Assembly: GCA_003176045.1 (NCBI GenBank)
Contig: PSRM01000108.1
Span: forward strand, 4,171-68,170
Origin: Verrucomicrobiota bacterium
GTDB taxonomy: Bacteria > Verrucomicrobiota > Verrucomicrobiia > Limisphaerales > UBA8199
Direction of reading: 5' to 3'
Length of the DNA: 64,000 nt
The notes beneath the pieces were generated by a model that did not search any database, was not told where the DNA came from, and was given only the letters and a program-made list of their open reading frames with translations. This document shows positions 27,375 through 36,200 of this stretch, one piece after another. Position numbers and translations under genes: made by a program. Positions within the stretch are counted from its first letter, which is position 1, and every line of letters begins with the position of its first letter.

Positions 27375-29546
27375 CTAACCGCCCGATTTCTCCTTCGCGG
27401 TTTCAATCGGGAGAGAGATGCGGACGAGGCCGGACTGGCCGGGCTGGGGTGGGACGACTTCGAGTTTGCCGTGGTGGGTTTCGATGATTTTGCGGCTGAC
27501 AGCCAGACCCAGGCCAAGGCCGACGTTTCGGGTGGTGAAGAATGGCGTGCCAGCTTTTTGGGCGGCCTCAGGAGAAAAGCCGCTGCCGTTGTCCTGCACT
27601 TCGACCTGGAGTCCGGGCTGACCGTTACCGTTGGATTGGGCCTGCAGGCGCACACCGACTTTGGGGTCGGCCGGATTGGCCTGGAGGGCGTTGAGCATGA
27701 CCTCGGCAAGGGCGTGCTTGATGGCAGCGCGGTCGCCCGTGACGGCGACCGGCTTGAGACCGGCTTCGTACTTAAGCTGCGCTTTGGCGGCATGATCTTT
27801 GGCGGTTTGGTTAGCGTATTTGCGCGCTTCCTGATAGGCCTCTTCGAGGACGGGCGCCAGGGGAAAAGGTTCCTGCGAAAGAACAGTGTCGCGGGCGAGG
27901 TAACGCATCTGATTGACCAGGCGCGTGACGCGCTCAACGCCGTGGGCCATGGCCCCAAGCCATGCCCGAGACTCGGTATCCTTAGATTTTTCGGCCAATA
28001 ATTGCTGATGAATGCCGACCGGCACCATGGCGTTGCCAAGCTCGTGCGCCAGCCGTTCGGCGGTGGTCTTGACCAGGCGCAAATTGGCGGCCTCGATTTC
28101 CAGGGACTGCAATTGGCGGCTTTGAGTAACGTCCTCGGCCATCATCAGGACCGAGGCAGGCAATCCGGCGGAGGGCCGCTGGAAGGGCACGATGCTTACG
28201 TTGTAAATCGAGCCCGGAGCAGTTTCGGGCTCATACTTCGTCGAGATGCCGGCGCCGGTTTTTAGGACCTGATAGATCTTTGCGCCGAGGGCCTGGGGCA
28301 GATCGCTGAATTGCAGTTCGGCGCCACGGCTGTGGGAAGAGCCGAAATAGCGACGGGCCATTTTGTTGGCGTGCAGGATGTCCAACTCGCGGCTGACCAC
28401 GACGCAAGCGCTGCTGAGTTCGCGCAGGATGCCCGCCAGCATTTCGTGGTTGGAGGAGAGCTGGTCGTGCAGCCAGATATTCTTGATTGCAAGGCCCAAC
28501 TGTTCCAGCAGGTGGAAAATCAGCTCCAGCTCGGGATTAACCAGCGGTTCACCGGTGATTCGCGCGTCGAAAACGGCCACACCCAGGACGGTTTCGCGGT
28601 CCAGGATGGGAACAGCCACCTGTGCGCCTAATAGCTCGAATTCCTTTTGCGCTTCAGGATCGTTGCGGGCCTCGTCGCTGTGCCGCCGTAAAATCCGGCC
28701 CAGGCGCAATAATTGCGCGCCGATGCCGGCGTCAAAGGAAAGCTCGAAATGCTGGAGCAACCCGGCGGCCATGCCGACGGCGCTGGCGGCGCGAAGGCGA
28801 CGGCTTTCGGCCGCGGCAGTGGCGCCTCCGAAGGAGGTGGGCGCATGGCGCAGGAAGATGGCCGCGCGATTGATGCTGAGAAGTTGGCGGAGGAGGAGAA
28901 GGAATTGCTTGAGCATCCCTTCGGCGTTCAGGGAGTGGGTCAGGATGCCTGAAAAGTCGCGAAGGACGGTGAGGGTTTGAGGGGTCACACCAGCGCCAAA
29001 GGCGAGGGTCGAGGGTCGAGGGTCGAGGGTCGAGTGGCGGGGGAAGAAGGCGGAGGAGGCGAGGAACTCTGTTGAAGTGGGTGTGATGGCCGGTGGGCTC
29101 GTGCTGGACGCTTGGCACGGGCTGGACGCTTGGCCCGAGCCGGGCAGGCCTTCACGCGCGCGGCTCTGATCGGAGAGCCTTTCGAGCAGGGCGGTGAGCA
29201 CTTTTCCGCGCACGGGCTTGGATAAGACATGAGACACCCCCCGCAAATAGGCCTCTTCCTCCCATTCCCAGGGTTTTTGGGCGGTATAGAGGATGAGGGG
29301 GCAGCGGGGCGCGCGTTGGCGCAGTTTCTCCACCAGCCAGATGCCCTGCACGGTGGTGACTTCGACATCGAGGATGCAGACCTCGGCCAGGGCGTTGACC
29401 AGGAAGGGTTCGGCGTCCTCCAGGCGGGAGCGATGGATCACCCGATAGCGCTCCGGGTCCAGGTTCGCGCGGACTGTTTCAGCGAAATCCGGATGCTCGG
29501 CCAGCACCAATAACGTTTTCATCGCACTCTTACTGCTGTTGGGCAC
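27375..29546 (-). CDS. Sensor histidine kinase with N-terminal receiver-like domain, GAF and PAS regions
   Basis: REC-like N-terminus (KTLLVLAEHPD, ILDVEV, LSKP), H-box ERLAHELGNAMVP, ATPase boxes MLNALQA, QDNGSGF and GLGLGLAVSRKI. Confidence 0.85.
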   Translation of the reverse strand: MPNSSKSAMKTLLVLAEHPDFAETVRANLDPERYRVIHRSRLEDAEPFLVNALAEVCILDVEVTTVQGIWLVEKLRQRAPRCPLILYTAQKPWEWEEEAYLRGVSHVLSKPVRGKVLTALLERLSDQSRAREGLPGSGQASSPCQASSTSPPAITPTSTEFLASSAFFPRHSTLDPRPSTLAFGAGVTPQTLTVLRDFSGILTHSLNAEGMLKQFLLLLRQLLSINRAAIFLRHAPTSFGGATAAAESRRLRAASAVGMAAGLLQHFELSFDAGIGAQLLRLGRILRRHSDEARNDPEAQKEFELLGAQVAVPILDRETVLGVAVFDARITGEPLVNPELELIFHLLEQLGLAIKNIWLHDQLSSNHEMLAGILRELSSACVVVSRELDILHANKMARRYFGSSHSRGAELQFSDLPQALGAKIYQVLKTGAGISTKYEPETAPGSIYNVSIVPFQRPSAGLPASVLMMAEDVTQSRQLQSLEIEAANLRLVKTTAERLAHELGNAMVPVGIHQQLLAEKSKDTESRAWLGAMAHGVERVTRLVNQMRYLARDTVLSQEPFPLAPVLEEAYQEARKYANQTAKDHAAKAQLKYEAGLKPVAVTGDRAAIKHALAEVMLNALQANPADPKVGVRLQAQSNGNGQPGLQVEVQDNGSGFSPEAAQKAGTPFFTTRNVGLGLGLAVSRKIIETHHGKLEVVPPQPGQSGLVRISLPIETAKEKSGG
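29004..29034. repeat. 7-nt perfect tandem array (gagggtc) x4.4 inside the kinase ORF
   Basis: Read directly. Translated as STLDPRPSTL in the REC-GAF linker. Confidence 0.9.
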
Positions 29547-29733
29547 AACAAGCCGTTCCCGACCGCCGCCGTCACGGTAAGATGAACCACAAAACTGATA
29601 ATCGAGTCAAACTTAATAACTGACCTTTTTTATCATTTTTCAGGGGTTCCGAACATCATGGGACACCCGAAAGCCCCTTGGGGGCACTTACCGAACACGG
29701 ACCAAGGGAAAACCCGGGGAGAAAACGAAAGGA

Positions 29734-29768
29734 GTTAAATAGGTTAAATAGGTTAAATGGTTAAATAA
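29734..29768. repeat. 9-nt array (gttaaatag) x~4
   Basis: gttaaataggttaaataggttaaatggttaaata. The reverse complement occurs at 43781..43807. Confidence 0.85.
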
Positions 29769-29921
29769 GGGACGCCCGTAAGGCGGGCGAAGCCGTCGAA
29801 ATTGGCAATTTCGAGTCCTTTCAGCGGGTTTTCTCAGGGAAGGAGATTGCTCGTTGCGCCGAGAACGCGGCGCGCAGCGCCGGGGGCGTATGTACCTTCC
29901 CTGCGTGGAGCACATGCCCAA

Positions 29922-29993
29922 AGCGCCGGGTGAGGGCACCCGGCCTACATGTCCAGAGCGTTGTGCGTGTAGGCCGGGTGCCCTCACCCGGCG
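29922..29993. repeat. Perfect 27-nt-arm palindrome (gcgccgggtgagggcacccggcctaca / tgtaggccgggtgccctcacccggcgc)
   Basis: Arms at 29922-29948 and 29967-29993 with an 18-nt loop. Same family as 11254..11342. Confidence 0.9.
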
Positions 29994-30123
29994 CGCGCGC
30001 GGAGGGAAATGTCCAAGTTAACGGTACATTTAGGATGCGCCCCAACGCCGGTCCGTTTGCCCCGCCCCTCGCCCCTGCTTTTTCTGTCCCGAATCTGCTT
30101 TGGTGGGAATAGTATTTAGTGAG

Positions 30124-31716
30124 ATGAATGATTGGTCGGACATGCGGCTGCTTCAGGAGTACGCGGAAAGGGGCGTGGAGGAGGCGTTCACGATCCTGGT
30201 GGGCCGGCATCTTGGGATGGTCTATCACGCGGCCCTGCGCCAGGCGCGTCAGAACGCACTGGCCGAAGATGTTGTCCAGACGGTCTTCACACTGCTGGCT
30301 CGAAAGGCAGGGCGCATTTCGAGCCGGGCGCTGCTTTCGGGCTGGCTTTACAATACGACGCGGTTTGTCGCGATGCGGGCCCTGCGCGATGAAGTGCGCC
30401 GCCAACGCCGGGAAAACGAGGCCCCTCCCATGAATGTTCTTTGCGAACCTACACAAACATCCGATGAAACCGAACAGGTCGGGCCGCTGGTGGACGAAGC
30501 ATTGGCCGGGTTATCGAATCGCGACCGGCAAATCGTGCTTGCCCGTTATTTCGATGAGAAATCCTTTCCAGAGATTGCTCTGGCAACGGGTGCCGGCGAG
30601 GAGGCCACGAAAAAACGGCTGCAACGGGCCTTGGAAAAGATGCGTGGGAACTTGCGGGCGCGCGGCGTGGTGATCGGGATTGGCGCGCTGGGAACAGCTA
30701 TGGCGCGTCTCAATGCGCAAGCGTTGCCCGCAGGGCTTTCGGCTGGCGCGGTGAGCAGCATGGCACTAAAGACCGCCTCCGGCGCGATCGCGTTCTCGGC
30801 GCTGACTCGCGGGACAATTGAGATTGTGAGGTGGACAAAGATCAAAACTGCAAGCGCGGCTGCGGTGGCTGTTATCGGAGGCCTCGGCGCCTTCACATGG
30901 CACGAGCAGCATCGAGCCGAGGCGGTCACGGCCGCCGCGCAAGCCAAGGAGGATTCTGCGGATTCTGGTTCGATGGCTGCACTCCAAGCTACAGCCGACA
31001 AATTGAAGGCCGAAAACGACCGGCTGTCCGTTGCTTTGAAGGAAGCCAGCGCCAAAAGGTCCGAGTTACTGGCCGCAAACCAGGCATCGGCGCAAGCTGC
31101 GCGTGAGTTCAACGTGGTGGCTGCAAAGAACCCCGGCTCAACAAATGGCGCTCTAACCGTGCGCGATGCTTTCGCAAGCATCGGCAAACTCATGAGATTG
31201 ACGGCGTTGAACGCGACAAATCCATCCCCCGGAGCCGCTCGACTGCTCCGTGAGGCTGCCGAGAAAGAGAGCCTGCGACTGGTGCAGGTTGCCGCTAACA
31301 TGCTGACTTCCGGGAACGGCGAGATGTTTGATACTTATAGACCTTCCTCGCCAGAAGAGGCAGCGGACCTGGAAACGGCCATGATCAATGGCATTCTGCA
31401 GATGTCACCGAAACAGCTTGCGCAGGTGAAGGAGGCGCTAACAACTTATGAACGGGAGGCCAAGCGTGAAGATGCCGATCACAAAATGGCGCTGGGAGAC
31501 CCAGAGGACCTGAAGGCAGCTCTAAATCAAATCCAGAATCTGCTTTCTGTGGAACAAATCGCCGTGGTGAACCAGACACTGGATGATTCGACAATGACCA
31601 TCACGAACAATACAACGGGAGAGGCGAGCAGCCCTTCGCTAAGGGATCGGTATCCGAATGTGCGGGTTGAGAATATAGGCAAGCCAGGGACAAAGAATGA
31701 GGGGAAGGCGCAGTGA
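30124..31716 (+). CDS. ECF sigma factor fused to a membrane-spanning, coiled-coil C-terminal extension
   Basis: ATG 30124 (MNDWSDMRLLQEYAERG). Region 2 (DVVQTVFTLLARKA, WLYNTTRFVAMRALR), region 4 (LSNRDRQIVLARYFDEKSFPEIALATGAGEEATKKRLQRAL), then the hydrophobic segment ASAAAVAVIGGLGAFTW and ~280 aa of coiled-coil/helical sequence. Confidence 0.8.
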   Translation: MNDWSDMRLLQEYAERGVEEAFTILVGRHLGMVYHAALRQARQNALAEDVVQTVFTLLARKAGRISSRALLSGWLYNTTRFVAMRALRDEVRRQRRENEAPPMNVLCEPTQTSDETEQVGPLVDEALAGLSNRDRQIVLARYFDEKSFPEIALATGAGEEATKKRLQRALEKMRGNLRARGVVIGIGALGTAMARLNAQALPAGLSAGAVSSMALKTASGAIAFSALTRGTIEIVRWTKIKTASAAAVAVIGGLGAFTWHEQHRAEAVTAAAQAKEDSADSGSMAALQATADKLKAENDRLSVALKEASAKRSELLAANQASAQAAREFNVVAAKNPGSTNGALTVRDAFASIGKLMRLTALNATNPSPGAARLLREAAEKESLRLVQVAANMLTSGNGEMFDTYRPSSPEEAADLETAMINGILQMSPKQLAQVKEALTTYEREAKREDADHKMALGDPEDLKAALNQIQNLLSVEQIAVVNQTLDDSTMTITNNTTGEASSPSLRDRYPNVRVENIGKPGTKNEGKAQ

Positions 31717-31737
31717 AAAAGAGTGAACGCTCGGGTG

Positions 31738-31777
31738 AGATTAAGATTAAGATTAAGAGAAAGATTAAGATTAAGAG
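31738..31777. repeat. 7-nt array (gattaag) x~5.5
   Basis: gagattaagattaagattaagagaaagattaagattaagag. Confidence 0.85.
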
Positions 31778-31821
31778 CAGTTTCATTCCATCGCTACACG
31801 ATGTGGCAGTGAGCAGCCACC

Positions 31822-32814
31822 ATGCGAAACCTTAAATTTGCTTGCTTACTCGCTTCGATGCTCGTGCTGGTTGGACTGGGCACGTGGTCGTTTTGGCATT
31901 CTGCCTGGGCTGCCGCTGCCCGCGCTAATCTGAATTCTCACTCTGCGGCGGGCAAAACCGATGCCGCCGCTGCTCTGCGCGACACCATTGCGCGGCTTCA
32001 GGGTGAAAATGCTCGGCTGGAGCAATCGCTGGCGGCGATCAATGCCGAAAACACACGATTGGAAAAAGAGAAAGGTCAGGCGAGCCATGCGATCCAGCTT
32101 TACAGGGAGCTGACGGCCCAATCACGAGCCCAGAGCCAGGACCCGACAAATTCTTACTCCACACCGCGCCATGTAGTGGTCGGCCTGGGCAAGCAGGCGC
32201 GGCTATTGGCTGAAGCGCAGGAGAAATGGGGTGATATAGACTCACCCGATCCCGAAAAACAGCCCGACGACGAAAAGCAGGCCATGGTACAAGCGATGAT
32301 GGTGCTGGTCTCGGAGCAGTTTCGCTTGCAGCGGGCGATAGAGGATCTCAAGGAGCACGGATGGCAAGCCGCCTTTGACGAGGCCACTTCTGAGGGGTTG
32401 GCCGATTTCGTGAGCTGTTATCTTTATGGCGCGTTGAACCTGCAAGCGGATCAGTTTTATCGAGCCAATGATTTGCTCCAACAATATTACAAGCAAGCGG
32501 AGCAAAAGGACCTTCTGTCGTCGGCCCCGGACGAGACGGAGTTCCCGGGCCCGAAATTCGATTTGCCGCTCCGGAGGGAAACTTACACTCCTGATCCCGT
32601 TCCTTCGGCTACGGTGTCGGAGCATGCGAGCGCGCTGAAGCAACTGAACGAAAGCGCTCGCGGGCAAATCGGGGAGCTGCTTTCGGGGGAACAAAAAGAG
32701 TTGTTCGACGGGTCGCAACAATTTAGGGATTTCAGATTGGTTGGAGGCACATTTCGTCCGCCGGGCATATCGGCGGGAGCCGTTGCGCATTTTGGGGCGA
32801 GGTCCGGCGAATAA
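31822..32814 (+). CDS. Membrane-anchored coiled-coil protein (resembles the C-terminal extension of the preceding sigma factor)
   Basis: N-terminal anchor LKFACLLASMLVLVGLGTWSFW. Coiled coil ARLQGENARLEQSLAAINAENTRLEKEKGQ. Confidence 0.6.
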   Translation: MRNLKFACLLASMLVLVGLGTWSFWHSAWAAAARANLNSHSAAGKTDAAAALRDTIARLQGENARLEQSLAAINAENTRLEKEKGQASHAIQLYRELTAQSRAQSQDPTNSYSTPRHVVVGLGKQARLLAEAQEKWGDIDSPDPEKQPDDEKQAMVQAMMVLVSEQFRLQRAIEDLKEHGWQAAFDEATSEGLADFVSCYLYGALNLQADQFYRANDLLQQYYKQAEQKDLLSSAPDETEFPGPKFDLPLRRETYTPDPVPSATVSEHASALKQLNESARGQIGELLSGEQKELFDGSQQFRDFRLVGGTFRPPGISAGAVAHFGARSGE

Positions 32815-32869
32815 AACCAGGTGAGGAGATTGGGAGGCCCCAGATTCGGAATCAAACCCGCAGGCAGAA

Positions 32870-33067
32870 TCGTTTTTTCTTTCGTCCCTTCGGGACTTAT
32901 GCCGTTCGACCGCTCTTACCCCAGCGTTGAAATTGAAACGCTGGGCTATTGTCTATAGTCCATACGAAGCTGTGAAATAATGGTAGCAGCCGAGGTAACG
33001 AGGCTCTGATCTTTTTGTAACCAGCTCGTGTGCAAGGATTTCAGAGCCTCGTTACCTCGGCTGCTAC
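32870..33067. repeat. Family B repeat followed by hairpin element C (27-nt arms gtagcagccgaggtaacgaggctctga)
   Basis: Arms at 32983-33009 and 33041-33067. An identical-arm copy lies at 55469..55553 with an inverted loop. Confidence 0.85.
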
Positions 33068-33145
33068 GAGGTTTTTGGATTTTTTCACACCATCTACGGG
33101 ACTGGGCCACGGGCGCTGCGTTGTTTTGGTGGTAGGTTGAAAAGA

Positions 33146-33293
33146 GCTGACAGAAAAATTTGAGACAGAAATATTTCTGCTTAATTTTCTGTCAGGTTTT
33201 CCCTCCGGTTGAAATGCTTCGGCGAGACAAGTCGGCGCGACGAGCGAAGTGGAGGACGAAGTGGAGGACAAAGTGAAAGACAAAGTGGAGAAG
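33146..33293. repeat. ctgacagaaa hairpin plus a 12-nt array (gaagtggaggac / aaagtgaaagac) abutting the stop of the giant gene
   Basis: Hairpin at 33146-33196; four 12-nt units at 33246-33293. Confidence 0.85.
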
Positions 33294-33295
33294 GA

Positions 33296-36200
33296 TTAGG
33301 AGCTTTTGAGGCGGAAGAAGAGGGTTGGACCGTTCGTAACGGAATAAATTTTAAAGCCGGCGTTGGTGGTGATGCCGTTGGAGATGATTTGCCAGGCGAC
33401 GGGAGGGGCGAGGTTGGTGGCGCGTTGGAGGACGTAGCTGGGCGCCCAGGTTGGCCAGGAGAGGGTTAGGACCGGGGGCGCAAGGTTGTAACTCAAGGCC
33501 ACGTGGTTGGTGTCCTGCACGGCAGTCAGGCAGGGCGAGAATTCGGACGTGTTGTTAGTGAGATCGCTGGCGGTGGCGGTGAGGACGACGCCGGATGGCA
33601 GAGGGGATGGATAGTTGAATGAAAAAGGAGCGTAGCCCGAAGGATCGGTTGTCACCGTGAGCGAGGTCAGGAAACCGCGGCCCTGGCCGAAGCCGAGAGG
33701 TGAGCAAGCTGAGTTAGAGAACAACTCGATATAAAAAGTCGTGTTGCTGATGCTGTTGAGAGCGCCTGAGATCAAAGTGGCAGCGCCGGTATTGTAGGCG
33801 GATTGGAGAATGGGAAAATTTTGAAGATTGTTCGGGCCGGTGTCGAAGTCCCCGGGATCATTCGTGACGATTCCGTTATTGAGAGCAATGCCAAGATTGG
33901 TATTGCCATAAATGGAATTGTGAAACAGGCCGTTGTTCACGCCTGAAAGGACGTCGATGCCATTGTTGCCGTTGCAGCAGATGATGTTGGCTGCGCCTGG
34001 AACGAGGCCGCCTACGATGTTGCCATCGCCCTCGATCTGAACGCCGTCGTTGAAATTTCCGAGCGGTGTAACCCCGTCTGCCGCAAGCCCAACGTAGTTC
34101 CCCTGCATGATATTGCCGACTTCGAGGAGTATCCCGCCGGCGCCGGAAAAGACGTTTCGGCTGGCGGCATCGGTGCCTCCGATCAGATTCCCCCATTGGG
34201 CAGTGACCGATCCGAGGCCCAGGGCATTGGTGCCGGTAATGTCCGTGCCGATGAGGTTGCCCACGAACCGATTACTCATAGTCAGGTAGAACGGCTCGGC
34301 AATTAGATTGCTTTGGATAAGGCAAAAGCCTCCGGCCAATTGAGTTCCGTCTGGAGAGCCAAAAGCGCGCTTGCCCGTTATGTCCGTGCCAAAGAAGTTG
34401 CCTTGAATGGTGTCGTAGCTGGTTTCGTCGGGGGCCCAGAACTCATGAGGGTAATTGCCGGCAATCACATTGCGGGCGCCCGGTGTGCTGCCGCCGATAA
34501 GGTTGTAATCGCAGGCACCCATCACGATGCCGCCAACAGCGTCAATAAACGCGCCGTTAGGCAATTTATTCGTGCCGGTGTAATCGAGGCCGATGTAATT
34601 GCCCTGGATGGTGTTTCCTCCTCCGCCATAGATTTGGAGGCCGATGTTGTTATTGTCGGAAATGATGTTGCGGACGGCGGCGGTGGTCCCGCCGATGCGA
34701 TTGCTGGGGCAATAATAGAGGGAAAGGCCGTAGGCCTGGTTGCTGAAATTGTTGGTGCCGGAATAATTAGGCCCGATGTAATTCGCCTCGAAAACATTTC
34801 CGCCAACTCCGATGGATGAGTATTGGTAGCTTGAATAAATCCCGTATTGGAAATCATGAATGGCGAAGCCACGGATTGTATTGCTACGGGAGTAAAGGCG
34901 AAAGCCGACGGTTGCGCCGAGGGATTGATAATCAATTAGAGGCCTGCCCGCGTAGCCCGGTTGGCTGGTGGCATCAATGGTTAGGCCAGAATCCATGATA
35001 GCCGGCACCGAGGTGGAGGGTTGGATGAACTGCACACCGCTGCCGATGGAAAACCGGATCGTGTCTGGCCCGGGATGGTTGTTGGCTGCAAAAACGGCTT
35101 CACGCAGGCTGGTATGGCCTGGCGTGGCTGCGCCGGTATCCAGGTCATCGCTCGTATTGACGACAAGGACGTTTGTCAGCACGTCGCCGACCTTAAGACG
35201 AGGCGAGAACTCGGAGGTGTTGTTCTGGTTGTCGGTAGCGGTGGCGCTGACATACTGGCCATTGGTGATGGACGCGGGCAACACGGCGGCGAAACTGGCG
35301 AAGCCGTTCGTATCGGTCGTGATATTCGTCGAGCCGAGGAATCTTTGGCCCTGACCAAATCCGCTGGGGTCCAGCCAATCGTTGGCGAAGAATTCGATGC
35401 GGTGAATAGCGTTGCTGATGCCATTGAGCCGGCCCTGAATAATTGCCTGCCCGTTCGAAGAAAGTGCGGAGGAGAGGAACGGGAAATTGCCAAGGGCGTT
35501 CCGGGAATTAACCATGTCACCCTGGATCCCCATGAGAATGTTGGAGTAAATGGAATTGCCCAAAACGGCGTTGCCGCAGCATTGATAAAGTGGATCATCC
35601 ACGCCACCCCCCAGGAAGGTGTAAGTGGCGGAGCCATTGAACGCGATGATATTGCCGGCGCCTGGAACCGTGCCGCCGATGGTGGTGTGGCCCACGGGGA
35701 TGTTGCCATTGTAGCCGCTGGTGAATCTGACTCCGAAACCGTCGTTGCCGAGCGCGCTTCTGCCGTCGGCAGCCACACCAATGAAATTGCCCTGGATGGT
35801 GTTGCCTGCGCCGACTATTGAGATTGCGTCGCCGGAATTATAAACGCCAGTACCGGGGGCGATCACGTAGTGGTTGCCTGAAATGACATTGCGCTGAGCC
35901 GGGGCGGTGCCGCCAACCAGGTTGTTGGAGGAACCGTTGATGAAGATGCCTTGCCAAAAATTGCCACGGCCAACCATGCCAGTGGGATCGGTGCCGATGA
36001 AGTTTCCCTGGACCGTGTTTCCACCAAAGCCACGCAGCTCTAGTCCGCCGATTACCGTTCCACCACCAAAATTGACTGAGTTGGTTCCGAAGCGGTTGAT
36101 CACCAGGCCTTGGATGGTGCTGTTGCCCGCCGCGAGTACCAAACCGCTGGCATTTGGCACTTGCGAGCCGTTTAATTCGACAAGGAGAACCGCGTTGTCT

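Noticed and set aside
27359-28980. Alternative-frame ORFs within the histidine kinase gene (27359..28039 -, 28363..28980 +, 28732..29118 -).
   Set aside because: The H-box and ATPase motifs define the real frame. The alternatives are Pro/Arg/Ser-rich.
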